Origin: Macrostomum lignano
Taxonomy: Eukaryota
NCBI GenBank assembly: GCA_002269645.1
Contig: NIVC01001944.1
Location: 62,001 to 126,000, forward strand
DNA length: 64,000 nt
Direction of reading: 5' to 3'
The translations under genes were made by a program, and so were the position numbers. Of the stretch, positions 18,873 to 30,535 are shown piece by piece. The stretch's first letter is position 1, and the number at the start of each line of letters is the position of its first letter. A model generated the notes under the pieces. It did no database searches, was not told the DNA's origin, and was given only the letters and a program-made list of their open reading frames with translations.

Positions 18873-21349
18873 TGCTTGAAATTCCACACATTCAACACAT
18901 TCCAAGTACTAGGACTGTACTAATCCATCGCTGAGATCGACGGCTCGCTTTATAAGAGCTACGCTTTATTGCGAAGAGACGTACTACGAGTATGTGTGCA
19001 TCTAGAGTCGGATAGCGACGTACGTAAAGACTATAGCGGCAGCGAGTGCATCGATGAGAGCACACCTCGAACTGAAGCGAGATGCAACGCCGAAATATCT
19101 GAATGCCAGACCACGACCGTTCGCCCAGAGGGAAGCTGTGAAAGAAGAAATCGATCGACTGCTTCGAGAGAACATCATCGAGCCGGTGAAATGTTCTGAA
19201 TGGGCATCGCCGATTGTAACTGCATCGAAGCCTAATGGTGCGATCAGACTTCGCGTAGATTATAGGCAGACTCTCAATCTTAGAGACACATTATAGACAA
19301 TGGTTGCATCTACCCGAACGACGAGAAAGTCAATGCAATCAAGCAGATAAAGCCACCAAAAACCTTGACAGAGTTGACAGAGTTAGAGTCATTTCTGGGA
19401 TAAGTGACGTTCTGTTCTCGCTTCATACCTAACTTGTCAGAAAAGACACCAAACTGGTTCAACTGAAGCAGAAACAGTCAAAATTCCACTGGGGTTTTCA
19501 GACCAAATGGAAGCTTTAGACAACATCAAGAGGTCAATCTCTAAGGACACAGACACAGAATACACAGTATTCTGTGGACGCAGAGTTGCACGCTTACGAT
19601 CCGAAACTACCGGTAGAACTGGAGGTTGACGCATCGCAGAAAGCCTTGGCAGGGGTACTGAGTCGAGATGTCGCCCCGTACTCTACATCAGTAAAGCTCC
19701 TTCCAAAGCAGAAAAGAACTACTCACAAATTGAGCGTGAGGCACTTGCCATAGTCTGGGGAATTCGCAGATGACATCGATTTCTCTAAGAGAGGAAGTCA
19801 GCTTGGTCACGGACCATAGACCATTGATCTACATTTTACCAGCCGACAAGGAACTGCCGCCCCGTGTGTCTGCCAGACTACAGAGATGGGCGATTTTCCT
19901 TACAGCCTACGACTATCAAAACCAGTACCGAAACACAAAAGCTGTGACTTTTGATGCGTTATCTCGACTGGTCAAGACAGGACTAGACAAGACTACTCTG
20001 GAAATTGGAAACGCAAATGTTTTTTGCTCGCTGGTGTCGGCTAACGAGATGGTGATGGTGTGTACTACGAATAGCTGTCAGGTCAGGACATGCGGATGCT
20101 AAAGAAAGCCGTGACAACAGGAGACTTCAGGAATCGAGCACCGAGATGAACTAACCTTTAAGACGAGTTCCAAGGGGACAGAGAATCGTTACAAAATCGC
20201 TACGTGACAGAGTGACCAAGGCCGTTCATCAAGCACACCTCGGAATCGCCAGGTCAAATTCTTTGGCCAGAACAGAGTTCTGGTGGCCTGCTATGGACAA
20301 AGATCTCGAGAAAGCTATTGGCTCGTGTAAAGTTTGCCGCTCTGCTAAGCCACAGAACAGAAATTTTCGGACATCGAGGCCGGAGGCAAATGGTTCGTGG
20401 GATCGAGTCCATGTGGATTTTACTGGCCCCATCGAGAAACTGTATCTTCTACTGACAGCAGACTCGTACACAGGCTACCCCGAGATCCACATCACCAAAG
20501 AAATGACCTCGCAAACGGTGGTTCAATGCCTTCGACGGACATTTTCTCAACTAGGAATACCTCGCACAATAGTATCAGACAAGGGTCCAAGCTTCACGAT
20601 CAGGGAGTTCAGAGAACGGCTTGATTGAATCGATTGCAAACAGTTGAGGACTGCGCCACACCATCCCCAGAGCAATGGAGCTGCTGAAGGACTGGTACGG
20701 ATAGTGAAAGAGGGAATCAGTGCAAATGGATTCAGCCAACAAACAATTAACAGGTTCTTGCTGTTCTACGAGTGCGGAGACTCGGCAGTAAACAAGGGAA
20801 TATCACCAGCTGAAAGAATGCTAGGACGCACCATCCGGGTGCCGTTCACTAAGCGACGAGTGGGTTTAGAAGACCAGGTTGTCTATGCAATTCCTGCAAA
20901 GGTAGTGCTTTCATCATGGCGTATGGCGCTCATCAAGATAGATGAGGAACAACCGAAGTACAGGAAGGTTCCCTTTGACCAGATTCAGACGTATAAACAA
21001 GCAAGTGAAGAAGCAGACACAATGACAGACCAACCGCGGACAGACGAGCCTAGACCGGATGTTAGACCAGAGGAAGATGCAAGTGCGAATATTCCGAAGC
21101 CAAAACTGGATGGAGTTAATTGGCCAAAGCGCAGTCAGGGACTAATGCAAAAACCGCGAGTTGACTATAGTTGCTGATGTCGACATCAGCAGCGAATGGA
21201 ATGTTTCCAATCACTAACTTGCGTTACCCATTGTAAGAGGGAAGATGCTGTGTATGGGCTCAGTGCCATAGACATATGACCCACCACAGTAAGTTTATTT
21301 TATAAAGTAGTAGCACATATGGAGCAGGACTCCATAGTGCTGCATAACA
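18873..21349 (+). mobile_element. Degenerate Gypsy LTR retrotransposon pol, PPT and probable short 3' LTR
   Basis: RT motif WASPIVTASKPNGAIRLRVDYR and RNase H DASQKALAGVL/NYSQIEREALAIVWG. Integrase HQAHLG...FWWP...CKVC, VHVDFTGP, IVSDKG, HPQSNGAAE. PPT aagagggaaga at 21235-21245 is followed by TG, with a possible CA end at 21349. Confidence 0.88.
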
Positions 21350-21431
21350 TAAATGATGACAAATGGCAATGCTTTATGATTACTGAAGCGGTAGGTATAC
21401 GAAAAAAGCATACAGAAAGATTCTCCCCCTC

Positions 21432-21798
21432 TTTTTATTTTTTTTATTAGAGGCAGGGGGGTTGTGTGCACCCTGGCGCACTTTAGGCGACATAGGCACA
21501 CAACCGGCGAGAGGCATTGCTGCCCATTCCGCCGACTTCCCTGAGCAGGCATACAAGCGCGCGGATACGTTACGCAGGCACACACTCACACAGGAGTGTA
21601 CAGCGGCCCTAACTTATCAATTGTTAGGCATGTACATTTTACTGCGCCTTGGGGGGTTGGCTCTCAAGGCCGTTAATTGCACAGGCGAGCCAAGCCGAAA
21701 TTCCAATTCAGCCCCAAATTAATGTGGCTGCACTTGGAATCGAGCCTGGGTCGCGGCACACCAGAGCAGCTGCGCTACCGCTGGGCTACGGCCCCCCT
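21432..21798 (-). mobile_element. tRNA-derived SINE, full length, 13-bp TSD
   Basis: Head GGGGGCCGTAGCCCAGCGGTAGC...GGCTCGATTCC (A and B boxes) and an A-rich tail. TSD gattctccccctc at 21419-21431 and 21799-21811. Absent from the equivalent intron of the second SCOT copy. Confidence 0.88.
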
Positions 21799-22076
21799 GA
21801 TTCTCCCCCTCACTCACCGCCCACGGCGGGCCCCGAGGCTTTGCGCAGAGTTCGCCGCTCGATTGGCTTCTCGTAGGCGGCGCCTCGCAGCAGCCGTTTG
21901 ACGTAGATGCCGGGGATGTGCACCTGCTCAGGTGGGATCTCGCCTGTCTCAACGATCTCCTCAACCTCCGCGATGGTCACCTGTGTTGAAATGGGGAAGG
22001 GCGTTAAATGTCAGTACGAGCTACGCTATGGAGTTTCGAAATCGGAAAAGTACCCAGTGTCTGAGGTGGAGATACC

Positions 22077-22410
22077 CGTGAGAAGAGACAGATGCCCATG
22101 AGAGAAGAGACAGATACCCATGAGAAGAGACAGATAGCTCATGAGAAAAGTAACCATGAGAAAAGAGACAGATACCCATAAGAAAAGAGACAGATACCCA
22201 TGAGAAGAGACAGATACCCATGAGAAAAGAGACAGATACCCATGAGAAAAGAGACAGATACCCATGAGAAAAGAGACAGATACCCATGAGAAAAGAGACA
22301 GACACCCCTGAGAAGAGACAAATACCCATGAGAAGAGACAAATACCCATGAGAAGAGACAGATACCCATGAGAAGAGACAGATACCCATGAGAAGAGACG
22401 GATACCCATA
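22077..22410. repeat. Intronic ~20-bp minisatellite (gagaagagacagatacccat)
   Basis: Tandem copies. The same array lies at 37830-38145 in copy B. Confidence 0.9.
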
Positions 22411-23016
22411 GATATGCAAGTTTCCGATTTCGCCCGGCCGTTTCAACTTGCAACACACACGCAAGTCGCTATTGGACAAACCAGTTGTCACGTGACTGCC
22501 CTGTCACGTGACATGTGTTGCCAGTAGAAACGGGCGGTCGATTTTAAAAGTTGCGTCTATACACGCAGATAGCCAGGAGGAAGTGGGTTAGCACAAGTCA
22601 AATACCCAGTGAGTCAGGTCACAGTTGAGTCACCTTTGCCGCGGTGCACATGGGCGCATTGAAGTTGTTGGCGGTCTTCCTGAACACCAGGTTGCCCGCT
22701 TTGTCGGCGCGCCAGGCCTTCACCAACGCGAAGTCGCCTGTGATGGCCCGCTCCAGCACGTAGTTCAGGCCATCGAATTGGCGGTCCTCGCGCTGGTCGC
22801 TGGCGATCAACACGGACTTGCCGGACTCGCCGTACTTGATGGGCGCGCCGCCCTCGTGGATCAGCGTGCCGTAGCCGGTGGGCGTGTAGAATGCGGGGAT
22901 GCCGGCGCCTCCCGCCCGGATCCGCTCGGCCAGGGTGCCCTGCGGGGTGAGCTCCACCTGGCGGCGGGGGGGGGGGGTGAAGTCTCGGCCATGTTCGAAT
23001 CCCACTTTTATGCATA

Positions 23017-24101
23017 CGATAGGCACTACAAAATTTTAGCCAAGCCAAAGCTACTCTACATGTATGTAATACCATGATTTTTCACACTCATAGAGTCACG
23101 TGATTAAGCGCGGTCATAAAATTTCTTGAGAAAAGCTATTCGCGTTTAGCTGCCAGAGCCAGTTAACTCAAGCACCTCGGCAAACTTTCCAGTTGAGCTC
23201 ATACAGTTGAATCGCGAGCACTTTTTGTGCTATGATCTGCTATGATTCCTTCAGCGGCTTTAACGAATTGTGCCATGCCACAACGCCTGAAACAGTGGCC
23301 CGCGTCCTGCAGCTGGGTGAAGCTGACAGGCGGATAACCTACAAGGAGTCCCCGCGCATCCATTAGCAGGCCATCAATAAGATCCTGCGAAAGATGACAA
23401 GTTGCTGGGTGCTCCACTTGCTGCAGTCTGAGCAGAAACAGGCCAGGGTTGGCTGGTGCCACCAGATACTGCAAAAACTACAACGATGGAGCATCCAAGC
23501 ACATCATTGACCTCGTGGCATGCGACGAGACTTGGGGGAGTACTGCTATGAACCAGAACGCATGTCTGTCGCAGGTGTGGGCGTTGCTGGACCAACGAAG
23601 GTTGCGCGTGGCAGGAGCACCGGCAGCAGATCGTTGCCTCTTTCTTCCGTCGCTCCGGCCGGCCACGTGCCAACTGTCCGGCTGCTAGACCAGCGGACAG
23701 TGACTGCGGCCTGATATTCAGGTGTGCGCTTGTCGCAGGTCATTCACAGCTTGAGTAGGACGCCTCCGAACTCCAAATTCAGGTGTCCGAGGCCTGTCGC
23801 TCTACCAGGACAACGCGAGTGCTCACACGGCACTGGCAAAGAGGCAGTTTCTTCAAGCACAGGGTCCATGATTCGCTGTGTGGACGGCGCTTTTCAACTG
23901 CAGAAGAGGCTGCAGAGGCTTTTGATGAGGCGGTGAAGGGGGTGTCTGCTTCTGAGTGGCAGCTGCTTTGATGCTTGGTTTGAGAGAATGAGGCGCTGCA
24001 TAGAAGCTGTTGGAGAGTACTTCAAGAAGATCTAAAAATTTCACCTTCATAGTTGCTTCTGCTCGAGAGTGGCTAAAAACTTTCGTAGTGCCTCCCCTCC
24101 A
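23017..24101 (+). mobile_element. Degenerate mariner transposon in a SCOT copy A intron
   Basis: Imperfect TIRs (ggcactacaaaattttagcca / tggctaaaaactttcgtagtgcc). Transposase remnants DRRIT, ACDETW, YQDNASAHT and WFERMRRCIEAVGEYFKKI. Confidence 0.85.
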
Positions 24102-24107
24102 TACAGA

Positions 24108-24325
24108 GGCACAGAAGCAGACAGGCACACAAGCAGACGGGCACAGAAGCAGACAGACACACAAGCAGACAGGCACACAAGCAGACAGGCACAGAAGCAG
24201 ACAGGCACAGAAGCAGACAGGCACAGAAGCAGACAGGCACAGAAGCAGACAGGCACAGAAGCAGACAGGCACACAAGCAGACAGGCCCACAGACAGACAC
24301 AGAAGCAGACAGGCACACAAGCAGC
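24108..24325. repeat. Intronic 16-bp minisatellite (cagaagcagacaggca)
   Basis: Tandem copies. A homologous array lies at 38760-38935. Confidence 0.9.
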
Positions 24326-26212
24326 CTCACCTCCAGCTCCCCGCTGAGGTACTGCCTGGTGAGCTCGGCATTCTCTCCCACATAGGAGGACAACGTCTTG
24401 CGGATCTGCCTGGACCGCAGCAGCCGGCCCAGCCCGCCATCATTGTTGCTGATCACCGTCAGGTCCTTGGCGCCGTGCCGGTGCAGGCCGTCGATGAGAT
24501 TCTCAGGGATGCCGCAGAGCCCGAAGCCGCCAACGAGGATGCGAGCGCCATCTGGGATGTCCTTGACGGCCTCCAACGGGTCGGTGAACAGCTTCGGGGA
24601 GCGCAGGGCGGCGCTGAGGCCGAGCCAGCGACGGCTGAGGACAGCTGAGCTGGTGAACTGGCTGGGACTCTGCAGTGAATGCAGTGATTAAACCAGTCAG
24701 TCAGTCGTTAAGACTAATAACGCTGGACAAGACGAGACAGAGAGAAAGAAAAATATGATAAATTTCTCAGATATTTTACACGTATTTTAGTAGAACCACC
24801 ACAAAAAGCATTCCTTATTTTTATAAGGAAAGGATTGAGATCAGATCATGTTAGCAATATAATGATAATGCTGCGTTCTCCTCCCTCGAGTCACCCCCAC
24901 CCCCTGAACACTCGGACCCCTATGGCCTATGCCATATATGCACCATCTGTACGTGCGTGGCAAAGTTGTGGCCAGGAGCCCACGGCCACCACAGTGTCAC
25001 AGACCAATAAGTATAACCAAACTGCGCATCTGGGGCAAAATTGTGTGCCTCTTTTCCAAGTAGCAAAAATGGCACCCCAGCTCCACCACCTCACGATTAA
25101 TAGCAAGGGCTTCCCCTTCCAACTCAAGTCATAGGGCCTGCGCTGCATTGTTGCCTTTTGACTGGTGGTGGTGGGACAGAGATGGCTAACCATTTAACCA
25201 ACTCTATGTGCAATTAAACAGCTTTACTGTGTATTACCATTCTGATTTATTTTGTATTGATGACAAATTTAAAAAAACGTACATGTAACGCTTGCAGACT
25301 AAATGAGACCTTTTTGTTGTAGATAGAATAAAGTAGAAGAAAATAGCAAAAAGAATATTACTAGCAATAATAAAAGTGTCGTGTCGTGGCTGGCTAGCCA
25401 AACTTGAGCCGCAAATGGGCGAGAGGTTGTTATTTATTGTAGTTGGCATTGCACATAGATGTACATGCAGATACGAGTAAAGCATCAGCTAATAGATTAG
25501 ACGGTTAGGCATAAGCGTACATTGACAGACAGAGCAGGCGGGGAGAGAGCAAGCAGTCCTAAACTCAGCGCCAATAACAATTGGGGTGCAGCCCCACACT
25601 GCGCACTTCAAGTCAAGTCACGATACAACAAAAAGAATAAATGAATAGCTTACCTTGTTCCGAATAGACTACAGATTAAGAAATATCGCAGTTCAAAGTA
25701 GTCTTTGCCTTTTTCCTGGTTTCCTTCCTGTGCGTGAAAGATTTTTAGCTAGTTTTTTTATTTTGATCTTTATGAAAATCATGGCCATGACTCGAATCAG
25801 ATGCAGCTTGTGCGACTCAATTTGACTCTGCGCAAACAAACAAGGCGAAAACCAGATCGGGGGAGGTGGGTGCGCATTGGGCAGAGACGAAGAGGGAGGG
25901 GCGCGACGGAGGGAGAGAAAGTACACTACACTAGGCGCACGAAGTGGACAGAGCAAGGGAGAGAGCGCGAACAAGTTGGTGCCCGACCAGTTATTAACCA
26001 CCATAAACGTCACTCCGAAAGGGGCACGCTAACGTACGGGTTAAATATCGCATTTCGAAGTAGTCTTTGCCTTCTTGCTGGTCTCCTTTTTGTGCAAAGG
26101 TGCGCAGTCTAGTTATGCTTATTGGTCTGCTGGTATGGACAACGTCTCTTTGTCTGCCAATCGGGAGCCCCTTCCAAGTGCAATCGAAGACTTCGTTTAC
26201 AAGTCATCACAA

Positions 26213-28582
26213 TGGCGATGGGTTCAACTTTTAGCCGCATTCCTAACTGTCCAAGGACTCCGACTTCCAAGTCTACGTGGACAGTCTGGAGCAGTACTTC
26301 GTATGCGTTAAGATTACAGAGAAGACTATTAAGGTGGCCACATTGAGCACCAAAGAAGCTTAAACAGTACTACAAAACCTTTTCCAGCCAGAAGAGGAGG
26401 CTGACAAGTCTTATAAAGACCTCAAGAAAATCCTGCAGGATCACTATGCATCCGAAAGCGCTACGCTAGCAAAATCGTGCCAATAACTTCAGGGACGGTT
26501 GCAGCTATCAGGAGGATCAGGGGTGCGGTGGCAAGGCCCATCTACGTGAGACTGCAGCAACAGATCCACAACTCTGCCTCACTGCACGTGTCTCAGCAAC
26601 AACCATGCGCCAGATGCGGTGGGCATCATGATCTGCAAAACTGCAAATTCCGTGATGCTAATTATCATGTCTGTGGTAAGATGGGTCACAGGTCTGCAGA
26701 AAGTCTGCAAGTCAGCCAGGATCAAGAAGCTAGAGTATACTGCACTGGCACTGGAGCAGGACTGGAGTTATAATGGCCAGAATTAAATTCTTTCTGCTGC
26801 TCGTGGTCTCCCAGGGCAATGTCATCTTCTTAAAGGAGACTGGATGGCTCGATTAGGGCTAGACTGACAAGCAATCGGGCCCAGTCAACTCGGTCAGCTC
26901 TAGCTCCGCAACCACCGACCTGACGCAGGATGTGAAATCTTCGCTGACGAACTTGAATGCTATCGCCACGGCTCCGTCAATTTGCAGGTGGACGAGCAGG
27001 CCATGCCACGATTCTTCAAGGCCAGGCCAGTGCCGTAAGAACTGAGGGAGCATGTGGACGAGGAGCTGAGACAACTTAAGGCCAAGGGCATCATCACGCC
27101 GATCAAGAATTCAAACTGGGTGTTCCAATCGTCCCAGTGGTGAAGGCAAACGGCGAGATTTGCATTTGCGGTGACTATAAGGTGACCTTCAGGCTTCAAC
27201 GCCACGGGCATGCCCCCGAGCCCGAGCACTATCCGTTGCCGCGGACAGAGGACATCTTTGCCAAGCTCGGCTGTGATCAGAGTTCATCGAGGAATCAGCC
27301 GTGAACTCCTGCTCATCGATGAAGAGGTCGGCTTGGCTTTGACTGCCAAGTGCCAAGGTCATCGCACAGAAGACGCGGACTGACGTGCTGCTTGGCAGGG
27401 TGCTGTCGTGTCTGCAGTCTGGCTGTCGGATCCCAGCAGACAAAGCTTTCTCTGGCCAATGGCACAAGCTCTCAATAAAAACAGGGCTGATTGATTGCTG
27501 TGGGGATCCCGGGTCGTTTTTCTGTCCGCAATCCGCCCAAACGTCCTTGGCAAACTGCATCAAGCTCATCCTGGTGCTAGCCGCGTGAGAGTGCTTGTAC
27601 ACAGCTATGTGTGGTGGCCTGGTCTGGAAAAGGATGTGGGGAACTCGAAAGAACTCTATCAAGTAAAACCTGCCAGTTCAAGTAGACTGATCCACCCAAG
27701 GTGCCAGTGCACCCATGGCCCTTCCCATCGGAGCCATAGTGCAGACTGCATCTGCGTGTCAACTTTGCGATGCCAGTGGCTTATCGATGCGCACATTAAG
27801 TGACCAGAGGTGAAGCAGCTGACCAGCATGGCATCAACCAGGACAATCAGCTGCCTTCGCGAGATCTTCGTGTGCTAGGGCCTGCCATGGACTCTGATAT
27901 TGGACAATGGAGCCCAGTTAACATCACTGGAATTTGCTGAGTTTTTGAGGAAATGTGACTTCAGTACCATTCTATCTGGCAACAAATAGACAAGCCGAAT
28001 GGTTTGTAAGTGTTGAAACAGCAGCATGATACAGCTCTGCAACAGTTTCTACGAGTACTCATCTATTGGAACACGCCACATTTAGCCACAAGCAATTGGC
28101 TCTCAGCTAGCTGATTTTCAGGCGCTTACTTGATCAGATCAGGGCATGATCTGCTAACACTTGTTAGCAACCAGCAACAGTAACAGGAGTCAGCGCCTAA
28201 ATAGTGTAATCAAGGCAAGCCAGGATATTCTGACTTGAAGAGCAAGTGCTGCTGCGAGTGCGAGACTATAGTACCACCACTAGCAATTATTTGAAAGAAG
28301 GCACTGTCGATTCTGGTGGAGCTCGAAACTACACCATGAGCACAGATTACACTCTCATGCAACAGCACACTAATTAAAAGTCTGCTGCTGCCAGCCAGTG
28401 GCTCTGAGACACCAGCGCACCTGCCTGCCACTACCACTGCCAAAATGGCCACCATGGTCCCACCAATAGCCCAGGTATAAGACAACTCAAATAACAGACA
28501 TTTGGCATCTAGTGCTATTAGAATCTCTAGCATAACTAGACTAGGCCAATTTCAACTCAGCTAAGAACTAGCTTAAAGAAGA
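26213..28582 (+). mobile_element. Highly degenerate Gypsy-type retrotransposon
   Basis: PBS-like tggcga and gag-like LEQYF. RT fragment VVKANGEICICGDYK and integrase fragment LHQAHPG...YVWWPGLEKDV. Many stops and frameshifts. Confidence 0.75.
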
Positions 28583-30535
28583 GTATTGATGGTTTGAGCT
28601 CTGGATTCCTCTATAGCCTGGCTAGGGTCTGGTGCTCTCACTATGGTATTCCATTAGTTCCTCTCACTGAGTCACCAACCCCCTAGACACTTGGACCCAT
28701 TGGCCATGTATGCACTATCTATATGCTACAAAATGCATAGCTAAGTTGGGACCAAGAATCCACAAATATATATAGAAAAGCTAGATCCCATAGGATAGGC
28801 ATTGCTTTATCTATCTACCACTTGGAAGCCCTAGTATAATATTTAAAGACTTCATTTTAAAGTTATCACAAAAACACTTTAAATATAATAAAACTTTATA
28901 AATAGATTTTTTCTAATCTTGATTTAAGGTAATCAATAAAAAGGACTTCTTGAACTTTAGGTATATATAAAAAATACTTTGTTTCAATAAAATATTAACT
29001 TTATTGCTACAAATACAATAATAACATGTTTAATAATCTTAATTGTTTCTTTTTCTTTATAGAAGTTTTTAGAGAACAAATTTCAAATTTTATATTTATT
29101 TCTATTTAGCTTCAACCTAGATTTATATAGTGACAGCTATCATTGAATATAGACCATAGGGAATCTTGGAATCTAGGAATGAAGGGTTTAAGATAGGAAA
29201 ATTCTTTTTTAAAGATTAATAGGCCTCTATTTATATATATATTATTTAATTGAAATATAGAGCCCTTATTGAAGTTTAGGCATAAGATAATTCTTGATCT
29301 TTAAAGACTATATAGTATACTAGCTAGTCACAAAGGTTAGGCCCTAGGGCCAAGGCCAGGGGTGTAGCGGCTGTAGCCAGGAATTTCCTATAGGAAGGGA
29401 TACACCAAGGTGAATTTTCTATGGGGGATACACCAAGGTAAAAGTGCTATGAAAGAGTCACATAGTAGCATGTATAGCAACAAAGGGCAATAAAAAAGTT
29501 TTGGTTAGGCTCTTCAAGGGGGATACATCCCCTATCCCCCCCTCTCCCCTAGCCAGGGCTTGTTTACACTTAGTAATAGTGACTAGGCCTAGCCTAGCCT
29601 ATGCTAGGTTTTTAAGGTTGGCTTAAAAAGTAGGTTTTTTATATAAAATATTTATTTTATATTTTATATTAACTTCTACTATGAATTATAATTTTAATTT
29701 TAAATACCATTTTATAAAAATAATAGGCCTATAAAATTTAAAGATAGAAAAAATTAATTGACTCTAGAGAAATGACTATAAAAAACATTAAAAATGCAAA
29801 TTATCTTATCTTAATTTTAAACATTTTATTAGAAAAAATCTGTCTATAATTTTTTGTTATTGAACAACAAACTACAGGTCATGGTATCCCGCATCTTTAT
29901 TTATGTGCAGGGCCCCTCCCGATTTCTTTATAGTCACCGTTTAGTCAATTTGAATTCACGTCAAAACTAAGAAACATATTTTGTTTTAATACTTGTATTT
30001 TCTATAATACAAGTGATTAGTGATTTTGCGCTAATGAAATTTTGTTTAAAACTGTAGCAAATTTTAGTATAAATAGAAGCATTTTCAGCGGAGGAGAGAC
30101 CAACCTCGCACATCGCGGTTCACTAATAAAATAGTTATAGCGAAGAATAAGAGTTCCGAGAAAATAAGAATTGAAGAAGTGTATTTCTGTGTTAATTACT
30201 TTTAAGAAGTAAGATTGAAGTAGACCGAAGCGTATACAGTACATACTATTGAGAAGCAGCAGTATTGAGTAGTGAAAAAAATACGAAGTAGTTCTGAAGT
30301 GATTCGTGTAAGAATAACCGGAGGCTGTGACCCTCTGATCTCGGTAACGCCCAAGGACTTGCAAAGTACATGGAATACATATACCAGCATGGCCCCCGGG
30401 TGACCACCCCTCACCACCCTCAGGGGGTGACCACCCCCAGGGGGTGACCACCCACTTAAAAAAAATTGGTACTTTCGTCTTTACCATATTTTTTCAAAAG
30501 TGTGGTCACCCCATGGGGCATGGGGGTGGTCACCT

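Larger units (their letters stand above)
21818..24669 (-). pseudogene. OXCT1: Succinyl-CoA:3-ketoacid CoA transferase, partial duplicate (copy A; exons 24669-24331, 22957-22634, 21980-21818); functional status unknown
   Basis: [38 protein letters not shown] and VHIPGIYV motifs with GT-AG boundaries. The B-domain exons are not found downstream within the window. Confidence 0.85.

Noticed and set aside
21740-21798. tRNA gene
   Set aside because: A and B boxes are present but there is no convincing cloverleaf. It is the head of a SINE with body, tail and TSD.
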